Assembly (NCBI GenBank): GCA_944322695.1
Contig: CALUPQ010000028.1
Coordinates: 25,525-89,524, forward strand
DNA: 64,000 nucleotides
Direction of reading: 5' to 3'
Source of the DNA: an uncultured Mailhella sp.
GTDB lineage: Bacteria; Desulfobacterota; Desulfovibrionia; Desulfovibrionales; Desulfovibrionaceae
Below are positions 40,785-50,389 of this stretch, piece after piece. The notes beneath the pieces are model-generated. The model was not told the origin of the DNA, searched no databases, and worked only from the letters and a program-made list of their open reading frames with translations. The translations under genes and the position numbers were made by a program. Position 1 is the stretch's first letter. Each line of letters begins with the position of its first letter.

Positions 40785-41582
40785 ATGACAACAACTCTTG
40801 AAGAGGTCAGGCGTGCCGTCCGCAGCAACTACCGCAATATATGCCTGAAGCTGGCCGCGCTGGGGGTGTTCATTATCGTCTGCTCATGGCACAGCGGCCT
40901 GCTGGACCTGAAAAGAATGGCAGAGGGCGGTCCGGCCCTCTGGCAACTTCTGACGGAAATGTTTCCGCCGGACTTCACCAATATGCAGAAATGGGGAAAA
41001 CCGATCGTCGATACGCTGTGCATGAGTGTCGCCGGAACGTTCATAGCTCTGGTTCTTTCCCTGCCCGTGGGTCTCATGGCCGCCGGTAACGTGGCGCCGA
41101 ACAGAGCCGTGTACCGTCTGGCAAGAGGAATTCTCAATATTCTGCGCTCTGTGCCCGAGCTCATCATGGGTATCATCTTCGTAGCGGCGGTGGGTTTCGG
41201 AGCTCTTCCCGGCGCGCTGGCCCTGGGCCTGCACTCCGTAGGTATGGTGGGCAAGTTCTTTGCGGAATCCATCGAGCACTGCGACCCCAAGCCGGTGGAA
41301 GCCATACGCGCCGTAGGGGCAACAAGAGCGCAGACCGTCCTTTACGGTATTCTCCCGCAGGTACTGCCGCAACTTGTCGATACTCTGGTGTATCGCTGGG
41401 AATACAATTTCCGTGCCTCCACGGTCATGGGCATGGTAGGCGCCGGGGGCATAGGCTTCGAGCTCATGGCTTCGCTGCGCATCATGCAATATCAGGAAGT
41501 GTCCGCCATCCTGCTTGTCATTCTCGTTATGGTCACGCTGGTGGACGGTCTCGGCTCCAGAATACGGAGAAAAGTCTCATGA
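40785..41582 (+). CDS. ptxC: Phosphite ABC transporter permease
   Basis: MFPPDF, LRSVPELIMGIIFVAAVGFGALPG.LALGLHSVGMVGKFFAE, YRWEYNFRAS..G.VGAGGIG. Confidence 0.85.
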   Translation: MTTTLEEVRRAVRSNYRNICLKLAALGVFIIVCSWHSGLLDLKRMAEGGPALWQLLTEMFPPDFTNMQKWGKPIVDTLCMSVAGTFIALVLSLPVGLMAAGNVAPNRAVYRLARGILNILRSVPELIMGIIFVAAVGFGALPGALALGLHSVGMVGKFFAESIEHCDPKPVEAIRAVGATRAQTVLYGILPQVLPQLVDTLVYRWEYNFRASTVMGMVGAGGIGFELMASLRIMQYQEVSAILLVILVMVTLVDGLGSRIRRKVS

Positions 41583-42580
41583 ATAAAAAACCCCACTGCC
41601 TTGTCACCTGCCGGATTCATCCGGAAGTTGTGGAATATCTCGAACAATACTGTACTCTCGACCTGAATCAGACCGATGAAAGTCTTCGTCCTGAAGAACT
41701 TCAGACTCGTATCAAAGAGGCAGACGCCGTGATGATGTTCATGCCCGACAAGGTGGACGAAACTTTACTGTCCGCCGCCCCCCGTCTGAAAGTGATAGGC
41801 GCAGCACTGAAGGGCTATGACAACTTCGATATAGAGGCTGCCACGCGACATCATGTATGGCTGACCTATGTGCCTGATTTACTTACAACGCCTACAGCAG
41901 AGCTGACAATTGCACTCATGCTCGGCCTGAGCCGAAACATCGCCGCCGGCGACAGACGGGTTCGCAATGACTTCCGAGGCTGGCGTCCGGTGCTCTTCGG
42001 CACGGGTATAGCCGGCTCCACCGTAGGTATCATAGGCATGGGCAGACTGGGACAGGCCGTTGCCGGACGGCTTCGCGGATGGAATACCAGACTGCTCGGC
42101 TTCGATATTTCCGAACACGCTGCCGCCGAAGCCAGCGAACTCGGCGTGGACATGCGTCCTCTGGAAGAGGTACTGAAAGAATCCGACTTCGTTCTTGTTC
42201 TTACCCCTCTGACGCCTGGAACACGGAACCTGCTGGACGCCGGACGCCTTACCCTCATGAAACAGGGGGCTTTTCTCGTGAACGCCGGGCGGGGGTCCTG
42301 CGTCGATGAACAGGCTGTGGCCCAGGCGCTGGAAAGCGGGCGTCTGGCGGGATATGCCGCCGATGTGTTCGCATTCGAAGACTGGGCGCTCGACAACCGC
42401 CCCGAAAGTATCTGTCCGCCGCTGCTCTCCCCGAAACTGAATACGCTTTTCACCCCTCACCTCGGCTCCGCCGTGGACAGGGTGAGACTCGCCATTGAAA
42501 TGGCGGCGGCAGAAAACATCGTGGACGTTCTCGAGGGACGCGTTCCCAGGCATCCCGTGAACAGCCTTTCCCCAAAATAA
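41579..42580 (+). CDS. ptxD: NAD-dependent phosphite dehydrogenase
   Basis: PtxD-specific strings: NQTD..L, FMPD.VD, ALKGYDNFD, VWLTYVPDLLT.PTAEL, GW.P..FGTG, RGSCVDE.AV, YAADVF.FEDWA...RP, TLFTPHLGSAV..VRL.IE. Confidence 0.92.
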   Translation: MNKKPHCLVTCRIHPEVVEYLEQYCTLDLNQTDESLRPEELQTRIKEADAVMMFMPDKVDETLLSAAPRLKVIGAALKGYDNFDIEAATRHHVWLTYVPDLLTTPTAELTIALMLGLSRNIAAGDRRVRNDFRGWRPVLFGTGIAGSTVGIIGMGRLGQAVAGRLRGWNTRLLGFDISEHAAAEASELGVDMRPLEEVLKESDFVLVLTPLTPGTRNLLDAGRLTLMKQGAFLVNAGRGSCVDEQAVAQALESGRLAGYAADVFAFEDWALDNRPESICPPLLSPKLNTLFTPHLGSAVDRVRLAIEMAAAENIVDVLEGRVPRHPVNSLSPK

Positions 42581-42593
42581 CAGACGGAAAAAA

Positions 42594-42648
42594 AAGAAAA
42601 AAGTTCCCGGGGAGACGAACATTCCGTATCCCCGGGAACTTTTTTCTT
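42594..42648. terminator. Bidirectional intrinsic terminator
   Basis: AAGAAAAAAGTTCCCGGGGA...TCCCCGGGAACTTTTTTCTT between convergent genes. Confidence 0.85.
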
Positions 42649-42665
42649 ACACTTGAAAGAGCGTA

Positions 42666-44198
42666 CTACATTTCCACAGCCTCGAACACGGCGACTATGC
42701 TGTTCTTTTCGCGCAGTTCCAGCATGGAACCGCTGATGTTCCATTCATCCACGCCTGCAAACATCTCATGCATGGCCCGTGCCTGCTCCTCGCCCTGCGG
42801 ACAGAGGCGCAGCGTGGAACCGCCTTCCTTGAAGGTCAGCTTTTCCCCGTCCCGCTGCCAGTTCATGAAAAAGTTGTTGCAGCCGTCGGAACCGGAAGCC
42901 TGTCCGTTTTCCCGCAGAATGAGATGCGGCTCGGACTGTTCCGGAAAAAGCTCGACTTCCTTTCCGCCCATTTCACGCAGACGCCAGTAGGTCTGAAGCA
43001 GCGGAGCGGAAGCATAGTTTTCCGTGGAGCATACGCCGCCTTTCTGCACAAGAAACACGTTGGACGCCTCAAGGTGTCCGTTCTGCATCTTTCCTTCCAG
43101 CACGATGGAGGCGTTGCCGTTCTCCTGCATGATATGACTGAGCTGGGCATAGCCTTTGCCGGAAGGCAGAATGGGAATGTCACGCTGGGAATTGCATTCG
43201 GAGAAAACGGGCTTCCCCCCTTCGTTTCTGAGCTCTCCTTCCATAAGAAAGCCCTTTGAAGGCCAGGGGATGTTTGCCTTCTTCAATTCTATGGGCTGAG
43301 CCGAGAGGCCGTTGAGCAGAAGATTGCCGCCCGCCTCCCGCGTGGCGGTCACGGGCTCAAGAGCACCGCGCGTCACTTCAATGGTGCGGTTTCTGTCCTT
43401 TTCCATCCAGGTGCCCATGTACTGATTGCGGTCTCCGTCCTGCGTAAGCAGGGCAAGGCCGTCTTCCTCAAGGTACAGATGGACGGTGACGTCCTTGCCG
43501 GAAACCTTCATCTTCCCGCTGTAGCTCGCAGGCGTTTTGAGAGGGGGAAGCTGATTTTCTCCGGGCATGGTACGGTACAGCAGAACTTCGGGCGTACCGG
43601 GGATGGAAATGATTTCATCGGTCTGCGTGGCGAAAAGCGTTTCACCGCTGTGCAGAATGGATGCGGCAAGACGCACAGGTCCCTTGATGGTCTGCTCAAG
43701 ATAATACACGCGGAAGGGAATTCTTCCGTTCCCGGAGGCGGGCATGATGGAAGAAGCCACGGGCATGGGGGAATGCAGGGGATAGAGCTGCACGCTGACC
43801 ACCACTTCCGGCGGAAGGGCCATGCGCTCGCGGTAGAACAGCGCACCCTCCAGCTTTCCCACCTTCGCACGGCTTTTCTTCCATACCACGGCAGCACCGT
43901 CGGCATCGGTCAGTTCCAGGCTTCCCGCCTTCGCCTGCCGAAGGATGAGCTTCTGTTCCTTCACCTCACCGCCGGGGCTGTCCATGGTGGCGAGAGTAAG
44001 CACGCCATTATTCAGCGTCCAGCTCACGCCGGAAAGAGCGGTCCTGTCGGGAATGCCCAGCGAGCCGTCCTCATCCAGGAAATAAAGTCTTTCCTGCTCG
44101 TCCACCCACAGGCCGCTGATGTCGCCGGAAGAATTCGACGAAGAGACACAGGAGAAAAGAAAAAGCGAGCAGAAAAGAAAAAGTACCAGTTTACGCAT
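42666..44198 (-). CDS. Multidomain lipoprotein with YbaY-like and C-terminal META (HslJ) domains
   Basis: Lipobox-like LFLFSC; YRERMALPP (YbaY); YWRL.EM.G....PHLIL..G.ASGSDGCNNF...STLRLCP (META). Confidence 0.8.
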   Translation of the reverse strand: MRKLVLFLFCSLFLFSCVSSSNSSGDISGLWVDEQERLYFLDEDGSLGIPDRTALSGVSWTLNNGVLTLATMDSPGGEVKEQKLILRQAKAGSLELTDADGAAVVWKKSRAKVGKLEGALFYRERMALPPEVVVSVQLYPLHSPMPVASSIMPASGNGRIPFRVYYLEQTIKGPVRLAASILHSGETLFATQTDEIISIPGTPEVLLYRTMPGENQLPPLKTPASYSGKMKVSGKDVTVHLYLEEDGLALLTQDGDRNQYMGTWMEKDRNRTIEVTRGALEPVTATREAGGNLLLNGLSAQPIELKKANIPWPSKGFLMEGELRNEGGKPVFSECNSQRDIPILPSGKGYAQLSHIMQENGNASIVLEGKMQNGHLEASNVFLVQKGGVCSTENYASAPLLQTYWRLREMGGKEVELFPEQSEPHLILRENGQASGSDGCNNFFMNWQRDGEKLTFKEGGSTLRLCPQGEEQARAMHEMFAGVDEWNISGSMLELREKNSIVAVFEAVEM

Positions 44199-44211
44199 GA
44201 ATCTCCTCAGT

Positions 44212-45498
44212 TCAGGCCAGGGCCACGAGGTCGTACTCCCTGGTTTCCACGATATCGGCTTCCACCACGGCGCCATTTTCCACGCCCGGTCCGCTGATAT
44301 AGGTCAGGCCGTCCACGTCCGGGGCCTGGAACCAGGTGCGTCCGGTATGAAGGCCGGGCCACTCGTCGGAAGCTGCGTCAACCAGCACGTCCATGCGCTG
44401 ACCGGCATATCCGGCGAGAATGTCTTCGCTGATACCGCTTTGAAGTTCCATAAGTTCCTCCCTGCGGGCCTCCTTGACGTCCTCGTCAACCTGGTCCGGC
44501 ATGGAAGCCGCCGCCGTGCCCTCTTCGGGCTGGAAGGCGAACACGCCCATGTGATGGAATCTGTTTTTCTCCACAAAATCCATGAGCGTGCGGAAATGTT
44601 CGTCTTTTTCTCCGGGAAAGCCCACCATCATGGTCGTGCGCAGGGCCGCCTCGGGGAAGAATTCGCGTATGCGGTCCACGGCCTCCTGCGGATTGCCGGA
44701 GAAGGGGCGGCCCATACGGCTGAGTATGTCCGGATGAGCATGCTGAAGAGGCATGTCGAAGTACGGAACAAAGGGCTTTCCCGCTTCCTTAAGAAAACGC
44801 AGAAGGTCGCGGGTGAGACCGCCGGGATACAGATACAGCAGGCGCAGACGTTCGAGCCCGTCGAGCTTCAGCAGTCTTTCCAGAAGATGGCGGGGGTCCT
44901 TTCCAAAGTCCGTGCCGTAGGCCGTGACGTCCTGCGCCACGAGAATGAGCTCCTTCACCCCGCCGTTCACCAGCGCGGAGGCTTCCGTCACCAGGTTGTC
45001 CGCCGGTTCGGACGCGTACTTTCCGCGGATGGAGGGAATGGCGCAGAAGGAGCAGTTGTGGCGGCACCCCTCGCCTATTTTCAGCCAGGCGTAGGAAGGC
45101 CCGGTGCTGAGCAGGCGCCCCGGAGCCGTCTGCATCAAATGCAGGGCGCGGGAAAGCTGTTCCGCCCAGGTGTCGATGTCGTCGGTATGCAGCCAGAGGT
45201 CCACCTCCGGCAGTTCGGCTCTGAGGTCCGCAACGCCGTAACGCCCGGGCAGGCATCCCGCCACGGCGAAAAAGGGCTTCTTTCCGGCGGGCAGGGCTCC
45301 CAGGTCCTCTATCATCTCCACGACGGTCTGTACCGATTCCTGCACGGCAGGGGCGATGAAGGCGCAGGTATTGATGAAGACAAGGTCGGCCTTTTCAGGC
45401 TCGTCCACAGTAATCACGGGGCCCAGGGAACCCAGCAGACGTTCGGTATCCACACGGGTTTTGGGGCAGCCAAGACTTTGGGAATAGATACGGAGCAT
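44212..45498 (-). CDS. rimO: Ribosomal protein S12 methylthiotransferase RimO
   Basis: SLGCPK, INTCAFI, LKIGEGCRHNCSFCAIPSIRG radical-SAM motif, YFDMPLQH, QAPDVDG TRAM domain. Confidence 0.95.
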   Translation of the reverse strand: MLRIYSQSLGCPKTRVDTERLLGSLGPVITVDEPEKADLVFINTCAFIAPAVQESVQTVVEMIEDLGALPAGKKPFFAVAGCLPGRYGVADLRAELPEVDLWLHTDDIDTWAEQLSRALHLMQTAPGRLLSTGPSYAWLKIGEGCRHNCSFCAIPSIRGKYASEPADNLVTEASALVNGGVKELILVAQDVTAYGTDFGKDPRHLLERLLKLDGLERLRLLYLYPGGLTRDLLRFLKEAGKPFVPYFDMPLQHAHPDILSRMGRPFSGNPQEAVDRIREFFPEAALRTTMMVGFPGEKDEHFRTLMDFVEKNRFHHMGVFAFQPEEGTAAASMPDQVDEDVKEARREELMELQSGISEDILAGYAGQRMDVLVDAASDEWPGLHTGRTWFQAPDVDGLTYISGPGVENGAVVEADIVETREYDLVALA

Positions 45499-45589
45499 AC
45501 AACCTTCAAACAGGCCTGGACTTGTCAACAGGACGGGCCTGAGATATCCCTTTCTGCCATGAAAACCGCCTTTCGGCAAGGAGACCTCC

Positions 45590-46222
45590 ATGACACTCCC
45601 TCAGACGCTCATTCTGGCCACACATAATCAGGGCAAGGTAAAGGAGCTGCGTGAACCTCTTGCGCGCTTCGGCTTCGACGTGCAGAGCCTGCCGGCCGAC
45701 TTTCCCGACGTGCCGGAAACCGGCTCCACCTTCGAGGAGAACGCCCTCATCAAGGCCCATGCAGTGGCCGACGCCCTCGGCGTGCCCGCCGTGGCCGACG
45801 ACTCGGGCATAGAAGTGGACGCCCTCGGCGGCGCGCCGGGCGTGTATTCCGCCCGTTACAGCACCGACTGGCCGGAATTGGAAGGCGAAAGCACGGACGA
45901 GCGCAACAACCGCAAACTTCTCACGATGCTTGAGAACGTCCCCGCCGAAAAGCGGACCGCACGCTTCCGCTGCTGCATGGCCATGGTCTATCCCTCCGCA
46001 TGGAAGGACGCGCCGGCGGACATCGTGGTGAGCGGAGCATGGGAGGGCAGCATTACGGACAAGCCCTCGGGCAGCAACGGCTTCGGCTACGACCCGCTCT
46101 TTCTCGACCCGGCAAGCGGCCGTACCGGCGCGGAACTCTCCCGCGAGGAAAAAATGGCCCGCAGCCACCGCGGCAAGGCCCTCGAAAAACTGCTGGCCAC
46201 TCTGGAAAACGCGGACGCCTGA
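45590..46222 (+). CDS. rdgB: Non-canonical purine NTP pyrophosphatase (RdgB/HAM1)
   Basis: LATHNQGKVKE, ETGSTFEENA..KA, ADDSG.EVDALGGAPGVYSARY, GFGYDPLF, SHRGKA. Confidence 0.95.
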   Translation: MTLPQTLILATHNQGKVKELREPLARFGFDVQSLPADFPDVPETGSTFEENALIKAHAVADALGVPAVADDSGIEVDALGGAPGVYSARYSTDWPELEGESTDERNNRKLLTMLENVPAEKRTARFRCCMAMVYPSAWKDAPADIVVSGAWEGSITDKPSGSNGFGYDPLFLDPASGRTGAELSREEKMARSHRGKALEKLLATLENADA

Positions 46223-46340
46223 ACCATGCTTCCGAATGTTTTGCCTGCGCCCGAAGACAGGCAGGAACATAGTCACCATACAGAGGAAACGCGGCAGCAT
46301 CGACCCTGCCCTTTCGCCTGAAAACACGTCTCCGACATAA

Positions 46341-46380
46341 AAGTGGCCCGACTTCTGCAAAGCCGGGCCACTTCTTTTTT
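46341..46380 (+). terminator. Intrinsic terminator after rdgB
   Basis: AAGTGGCCCG...CGGGCCACTT then T-run. Confidence 0.7.
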
Positions 46381-46486
46381 CAGCTATCAGAGCTTCCGCC
46401 ATTCTGCGGCGCACAGAAAACAGGACCGAAGGCAGAACCGGCAGACGGCTTATTCCGCTCGTTTCTTCCCCGACCTGAAACCTCTC

Positions 46487-46927
46487 CTACCTGTTCCGCT
46501 GCGGAAAGTGATTATGCGGCGTATAGGTGTAGGTTCCGCTGAAAAGCGGGGAAGTGATGATGAAATCCGCCGTGGAACGGTTGTTGGCGATGGGAATGTC
46601 ATAAACCTGCGCAATGCGCAGAAGCGCCTTCACGTCGGGGTCGTGGGGCTGTGCGGTCAGCGGGTCGGAGAAAAAGACGATGATGTCGATGTGGCCTTCG
46701 GCCACCTTTGCGCCTATCTGCTGGTCGCCGCCGAGCGGGCCGCTGAGGTAGGGCGTGACGGGCAGCCCCGTTTTTTCATTGATGAGGTGCGCCGTCGTGC
46801 CGGTGCCGCAAAGAAAATGACGGGCCAGAATCTGGCTGTGGGCGGCACACCACTCGATGAGGCTTTCCTTCATGTTGTCGTGGGCGATAAGAGCGATGTG
46901 CTTGGTGGCGCTCATGGTTCTTTCCAT
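46487..46927 (-). CDS. mgsA: Methylglyoxal synthase
   Basis: IALIAHD..K, TGTT, SGPLGGDQQIGA, DPLTAQPHDPDVKALLR, N.STAD. Confidence 0.95.
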   Translation of the reverse strand: MERTMSATKHIALIAHDNMKESLIEWCAAHSQILARHFLCGTGTTAHLINEKTGLPVTPYLSGPLGGDQQIGAKVAEGHIDIIVFFSDPLTAQPHDPDVKALLRIAQVYDIPIANNRSTADFIITSPLFSGTYTYTPHNHFPQRNR

Positions 46928-47034
46928 GTGTTTGCTCTCCTGTTCTCGGGCCGGGACGTCCGGCATACATGTTTATCTTTCTGACCCGGTCATGATAGAC
47001 GGCCTTTGTGAAGCCTTCATGAAGCCGTCGGCCC

Positions 47035-48051
47035 TCAGCGGGAAAAATGGTCGAATCCTGCGCAGGCCGGCTTTCGCCCGTTGAGCGTGATGCCCCCGGC
47101 GCGCACCCTGCCGAGGACCGAGACTCGCCGCCCAAATCCTGCCAGGCTGCCGGCAAGCTCCGGCCACAGTGCTTCCGGACAGGTACCGACAAGAGCATAA
47201 TCCTCTCCGCCTTCAAAGGCAAAGTCGGCCGTGGAAATTCCGGCTCCGGAGGCGTAGCGGAGCACCTCTTCCGGCAGAATGTCGTCCGTGAGCGCGATAT
47301 CCGCGCCAAGGCCGGACTGGCGGCTTGCCAGAAGACGCGGCAGGTCGCGGGCCAGCCCGTCGGAAACGTCCATGAGGCCGATGCGGCCCCCAGCGTCATG
47401 ATGCAGCGCAAAGCGTCCCAGGGCCACGCCCTCTTCCGCCAGCGGGACGGGACGAAGATGCGCAGCGCAGGCACGGGGCCAGGCCTCCTTCACCTCTGCG
47501 CACTCCTTTGGCAAAGAGGTCTTCTCAAGCAGTGTAAGCCCGAGGCGCGCAAGGCCTACCTCCCCGGCAAGAAACACGACATCTCCTTCCCGGGCCACGC
47601 CCCGGCAAAGTCCCCGGGGCAGCCCTTCCGGCAGTTCTCCCCAGGCCGTCACGCAGATGTTGAGAAGAGAAGAGCGCGCCAAATCGCCGCCGGAAAGCGC
47701 AAGGGAAAATCTGTCGCAAAGCGCCTTCATCCCCTCGCAGAAACCGGAAAGCCACGCTTCGTCCTCATGCCCCGTCAGGGTAAGCCCTATGGAAAGGCCG
47801 ACGGGCACGGCGCCGCTTGCTCCCACGTCGCTCACGTTCACGGCCACGGACTTGAACCCGATATCGAAAGGCGTGAAATACCGCCGACGGAAGTGACTGT
47901 CCTCGGCGAAGATGTCCGTGGTCACGGCCAGAGGGCCGCCCGGCCGCAGCACGGCGCAGTCGTCCCCGCGGTCGAGCAGAAGCGCCGGGTGCCCGGAGGG
48001 AAAGAAGCGTTCCACCAGGCGAAGGATATCGTCTTCGCTCGCGATGCTCAT
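47035..48051 (-). CDS. thiL: Thiamine-monophosphate kinase
   Basis: GDDCAV, TTD....HF, AVNVSD..A.GA.P, GGD, MDVSDGL..DL, GGEDY.L. Confidence 0.93.
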   Translation of the reverse strand: MSIASEDDILRLVERFFPSGHPALLLDRGDDCAVLRPGGPLAVTTDIFAEDSHFRRRYFTPFDIGFKSVAVNVSDVGASGAVPVGLSIGLTLTGHEDEAWLSGFCEGMKALCDRFSLALSGGDLARSSLLNICVTAWGELPEGLPRGLCRGVAREGDVVFLAGEVGLARLGLTLLEKTSLPKECAEVKEAWPRACAAHLRPVPLAEEGVALGRFALHHDAGGRIGLMDVSDGLARDLPRLLASRQSGLGADIALTDDILPEEVLRYASGAGISTADFAFEGGEDYALVGTCPEALWPELAGSLAGFGRRVSVLGRVRAGGITLNGRKPACAGFDHFSR

Positions 48052-50381
48052 GACTGCTCCATGGTGAGATAATCGGCAAGGATGATTTTCAGCCCCAGCC
48101 CGGGGAAGTTGACCCGGTACTTGTCCGGCGGAATCTCCTCCACAATCTTGCCGCGACCGAACAGACGGTGACGGCAGAAGCCGAGCTTTTTCTTCACCGG
48201 CTTTTCGTCGGGGCTCTCTTCCAGCGTGCGCCCGCTCTTCAGCGCGTCGCGCACGGCCGCCATGTAGGCGTCGTCGGTATCCTCGCGGGAGCGGGGAACA
48301 GCGTCCGCCTCCCGTTCACGGGGCGGCCAGTCGTCATCCTGAGCCCGGGACCTGAAGGAAGAACGCTTCCCGTTGTCCTCCTCGTCCCAGTGCCAGGAGC
48401 GTCGCTTCTGCGACGGGAAGGGATTGCCGAAGGAAGACGCCTGCGGGCGGGGAGCTTCCCTGATACGGCGCCTTGTGAGCGCGCCGCCGTAGTTTTCGTA
48501 TATCTCGTCCAGAATGTCCGAAGGCAGTTCGCGCACGAAGGGGCTCGGCGAAGCCGGCTCCTGTCCGCCCGAGCTTCTGCTGTAGAGGCTGAGCGGAACG
48601 AACAAGTCCAGCGTATCCTTGGCGCGCGTGCAGGCCACGTACATGAGGCGGCGCTCCTCCTCGAAATCCTCGGGACGCACCAGCGCATGACGGGAGGGAA
48701 AGCGGTCTTCCACAAGGTCGATGATGAGCACGGCCGACCACTCCAGCCCCTTGGCGGAATGAACGGTGGAAAGGGTGATTTTTCTTTCCGCGTCCTCGTC
48801 TTCCGGGGCCTCTTCCGGGCTGTCCAGCGAAAGGTCGGCCACGAAGAGCTGAAGGTCGTCGTAGGACGAAGCGATGGTGGACATCTCCTCGAGTCCCTGA
48901 AGACGACGGGGCCAGTCGTCGGGGAAAAGCTCCTCCATCTTCGGCCGGTAATGTTCGAGAATACGGCCTATCACCTCGGCGGGGCGGGGCCGCTCCATGC
49001 GCAGCGAGGCAACAAGCTCCATGTTCTCCAGAAAATCCGGCCAGCGGGAGCAGGCCTTCCTGAGTGCCTTCTCGTCGTTGCCGCAGGAGAGCGCAAACAG
49101 CTTGGCCGAGGTTTTCGGTCCTATGCCGCGGGAAAGCGCGGCGATGCGGTCGAAGGAAGGCATGTCCAGAGGATTTCCCACAAGGCGCGCAAAGGCCATT
49201 ACGTCCTTCACGTGCGCGGCCTCGGCGTAACGCAGGCCTCCGTACTTGCGGAAGCCGATGCCGCGCTTGTTGAGCTCAAGTTCCAGATGGTAGGACTGAT
49301 ACCCCGAGCGGAACAGCACGGCAACGTCCTTTGCGGGCACCGTGGCCAGCAGCTCTTCAATGCGTCTTGCGGCAAGCTGAGCCTGACTTATGTCGCTCAG
49401 AGGACGGTACAGGGTGACGGCCGTTTCGGAAGGTTTGGGCCTGCGGGAAAAAAGATGCTTGCGATAGCCTTCCGTACTGCCTGCAAGCAGGCAGTTGGCG
49501 ATGTCGAGCACGGGCTGCACGGAGCGGTAGTTCTCTTCCAGCCTGATGATGCGCGTGTTGTGAAAGAGCTTGGGAAAATCGAGAATGTTGTGCACCGTCG
49601 CGCCGCGGAAGGCATAGATGGACTGCGCGTCGTCGCCTACGGCCATGACGTTGCCGTTCTCTCCGGCCAGCATGCGCACAAGGCGCGCCTGCACCTTGTT
49701 GGTGTCCTGATACTCGTCCACCATCACCTGGCGGAAACGCAGCTTCTGCGCCTGAAGCACGTCGGGCTTGTCGATGAAAAGCTGTTCGAGCTCGAAGAGC
49801 AAATCGTCGTAGTCCATGAGCGCGTGCTCGCGCTTGTACTTGCGGTAGGCGTCGCCGAGCTCCACAAGGTCGGAAGCATGAGGCAGCAGGTGCTGCGCCT
49901 CGCGGGAAAGCACTTCCTCAAGCTCCATTTCCTTGTTGCGCGCCTTGCTGAGCAGGCCGAGCACCGCCTGGGTGCGGGGAAAGCTGCGGTCCCCCCTGCC
50001 TATCTTCAGATTTTCCTTGCACGCCTGTATGGCGGAGACGCTGTCGGACGTGTCCATGACCGAAAGCGTGCCGCCCGTCCAGTCCGGACACCAGCGCCGG
50101 AGCACCGAAAAGGCGAAGCTGTGAAAGGTTCCGCCCTGCACGCCGAGAAGCTGCTGCTCCAGAAGCCCCGCGGCCCTGTGCAGCATTTCCTGCGAAGCCT
50201 TGCGCGTAAAGGTGAGAAGCAGCATGGAGTGCGGGTCCATGCCGTGTTCGGCAAGCCAGGCCAGACGGTACACGATGGTGCGGGTCTTTCCGGAACCTGC
50301 GCCTGCAATGACCAGCATGGGGCCTTCCGGTGCGGTGACGGCTTCCTTCTGCGCTTCATTAAGAATGGAAAGGTCAAGCAT
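48048..50381 (-). CDS. UvrD/PcrA-family SF1 DNA helicase
   Basis: LNEAQKEAV, IAGAGSGKT, TFTRKA, VDEYQDTN, VGDDAQSIYAFRG, LEENYRS, STVHSAKGLEW, EEERRLMYVACTRA. Confidence 0.93.
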   Translation of the reverse strand: MLDLSILNEAQKEAVTAPEGPMLVIAGAGSGKTRTIVYRLAWLAEHGMDPHSMLLLTFTRKASQEMLHRAAGLLEQQLLGVQGGTFHSFAFSVLRRWCPDWTGGTLSVMDTSDSVSAIQACKENLKIGRGDRSFPRTQAVLGLLSKARNKEMELEEVLSREAQHLLPHASDLVELGDAYRKYKREHALMDYDDLLFELEQLFIDKPDVLQAQKLRFRQVMVDEYQDTNKVQARLVRMLAGENGNVMAVGDDAQSIYAFRGATVHNILDFPKLFHNTRIIRLEENYRSVQPVLDIANCLLAGSTEGYRKHLFSRRPKPSETAVTLYRPLSDISQAQLAARRIEELLATVPAKDVAVLFRSGYQSYHLELELNKRGIGFRKYGGLRYAEAAHVKDVMAFARLVGNPLDMPSFDRIAALSRGIGPKTSAKLFALSCGNDEKALRKACSRWPDFLENMELVASLRMERPRPAEVIGRILEHYRPKMEELFPDDWPRRLQGLEEMSTIASSYDDLQLFVADLSLDSPEEAPEDEDAERKITLSTVHSAKGLEWSAVLIIDLVEDRFPSRHALVRPEDFEEERRLMYVACTRAKDTLDLFVPLSLYSRSSGGQEPASPSPFVRELPSDILDEIYENYGGALTRRRIREAPRPQASSFGNPFPSQKRRSWHWDEEDNGKRSSFRSRAQDDDWPPREREADAVPRSREDTDDAYMAAVRDALKSGRTLEESPDEKPVKKKLGFCRHRLFGRGKIVEEIPPDKYRVNFPGLGLKIILADYLTMEQS

Positions 50382-50389
50382 GGGGACGC

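Noticed and set aside
38997-41582. Annotation as phnCDE of a C-P lyase operon
   Set aside because: No phnGHIJKLM; the fourth gene is PtxD-like and the binding protein has the PtxB-type PxYPW motif.
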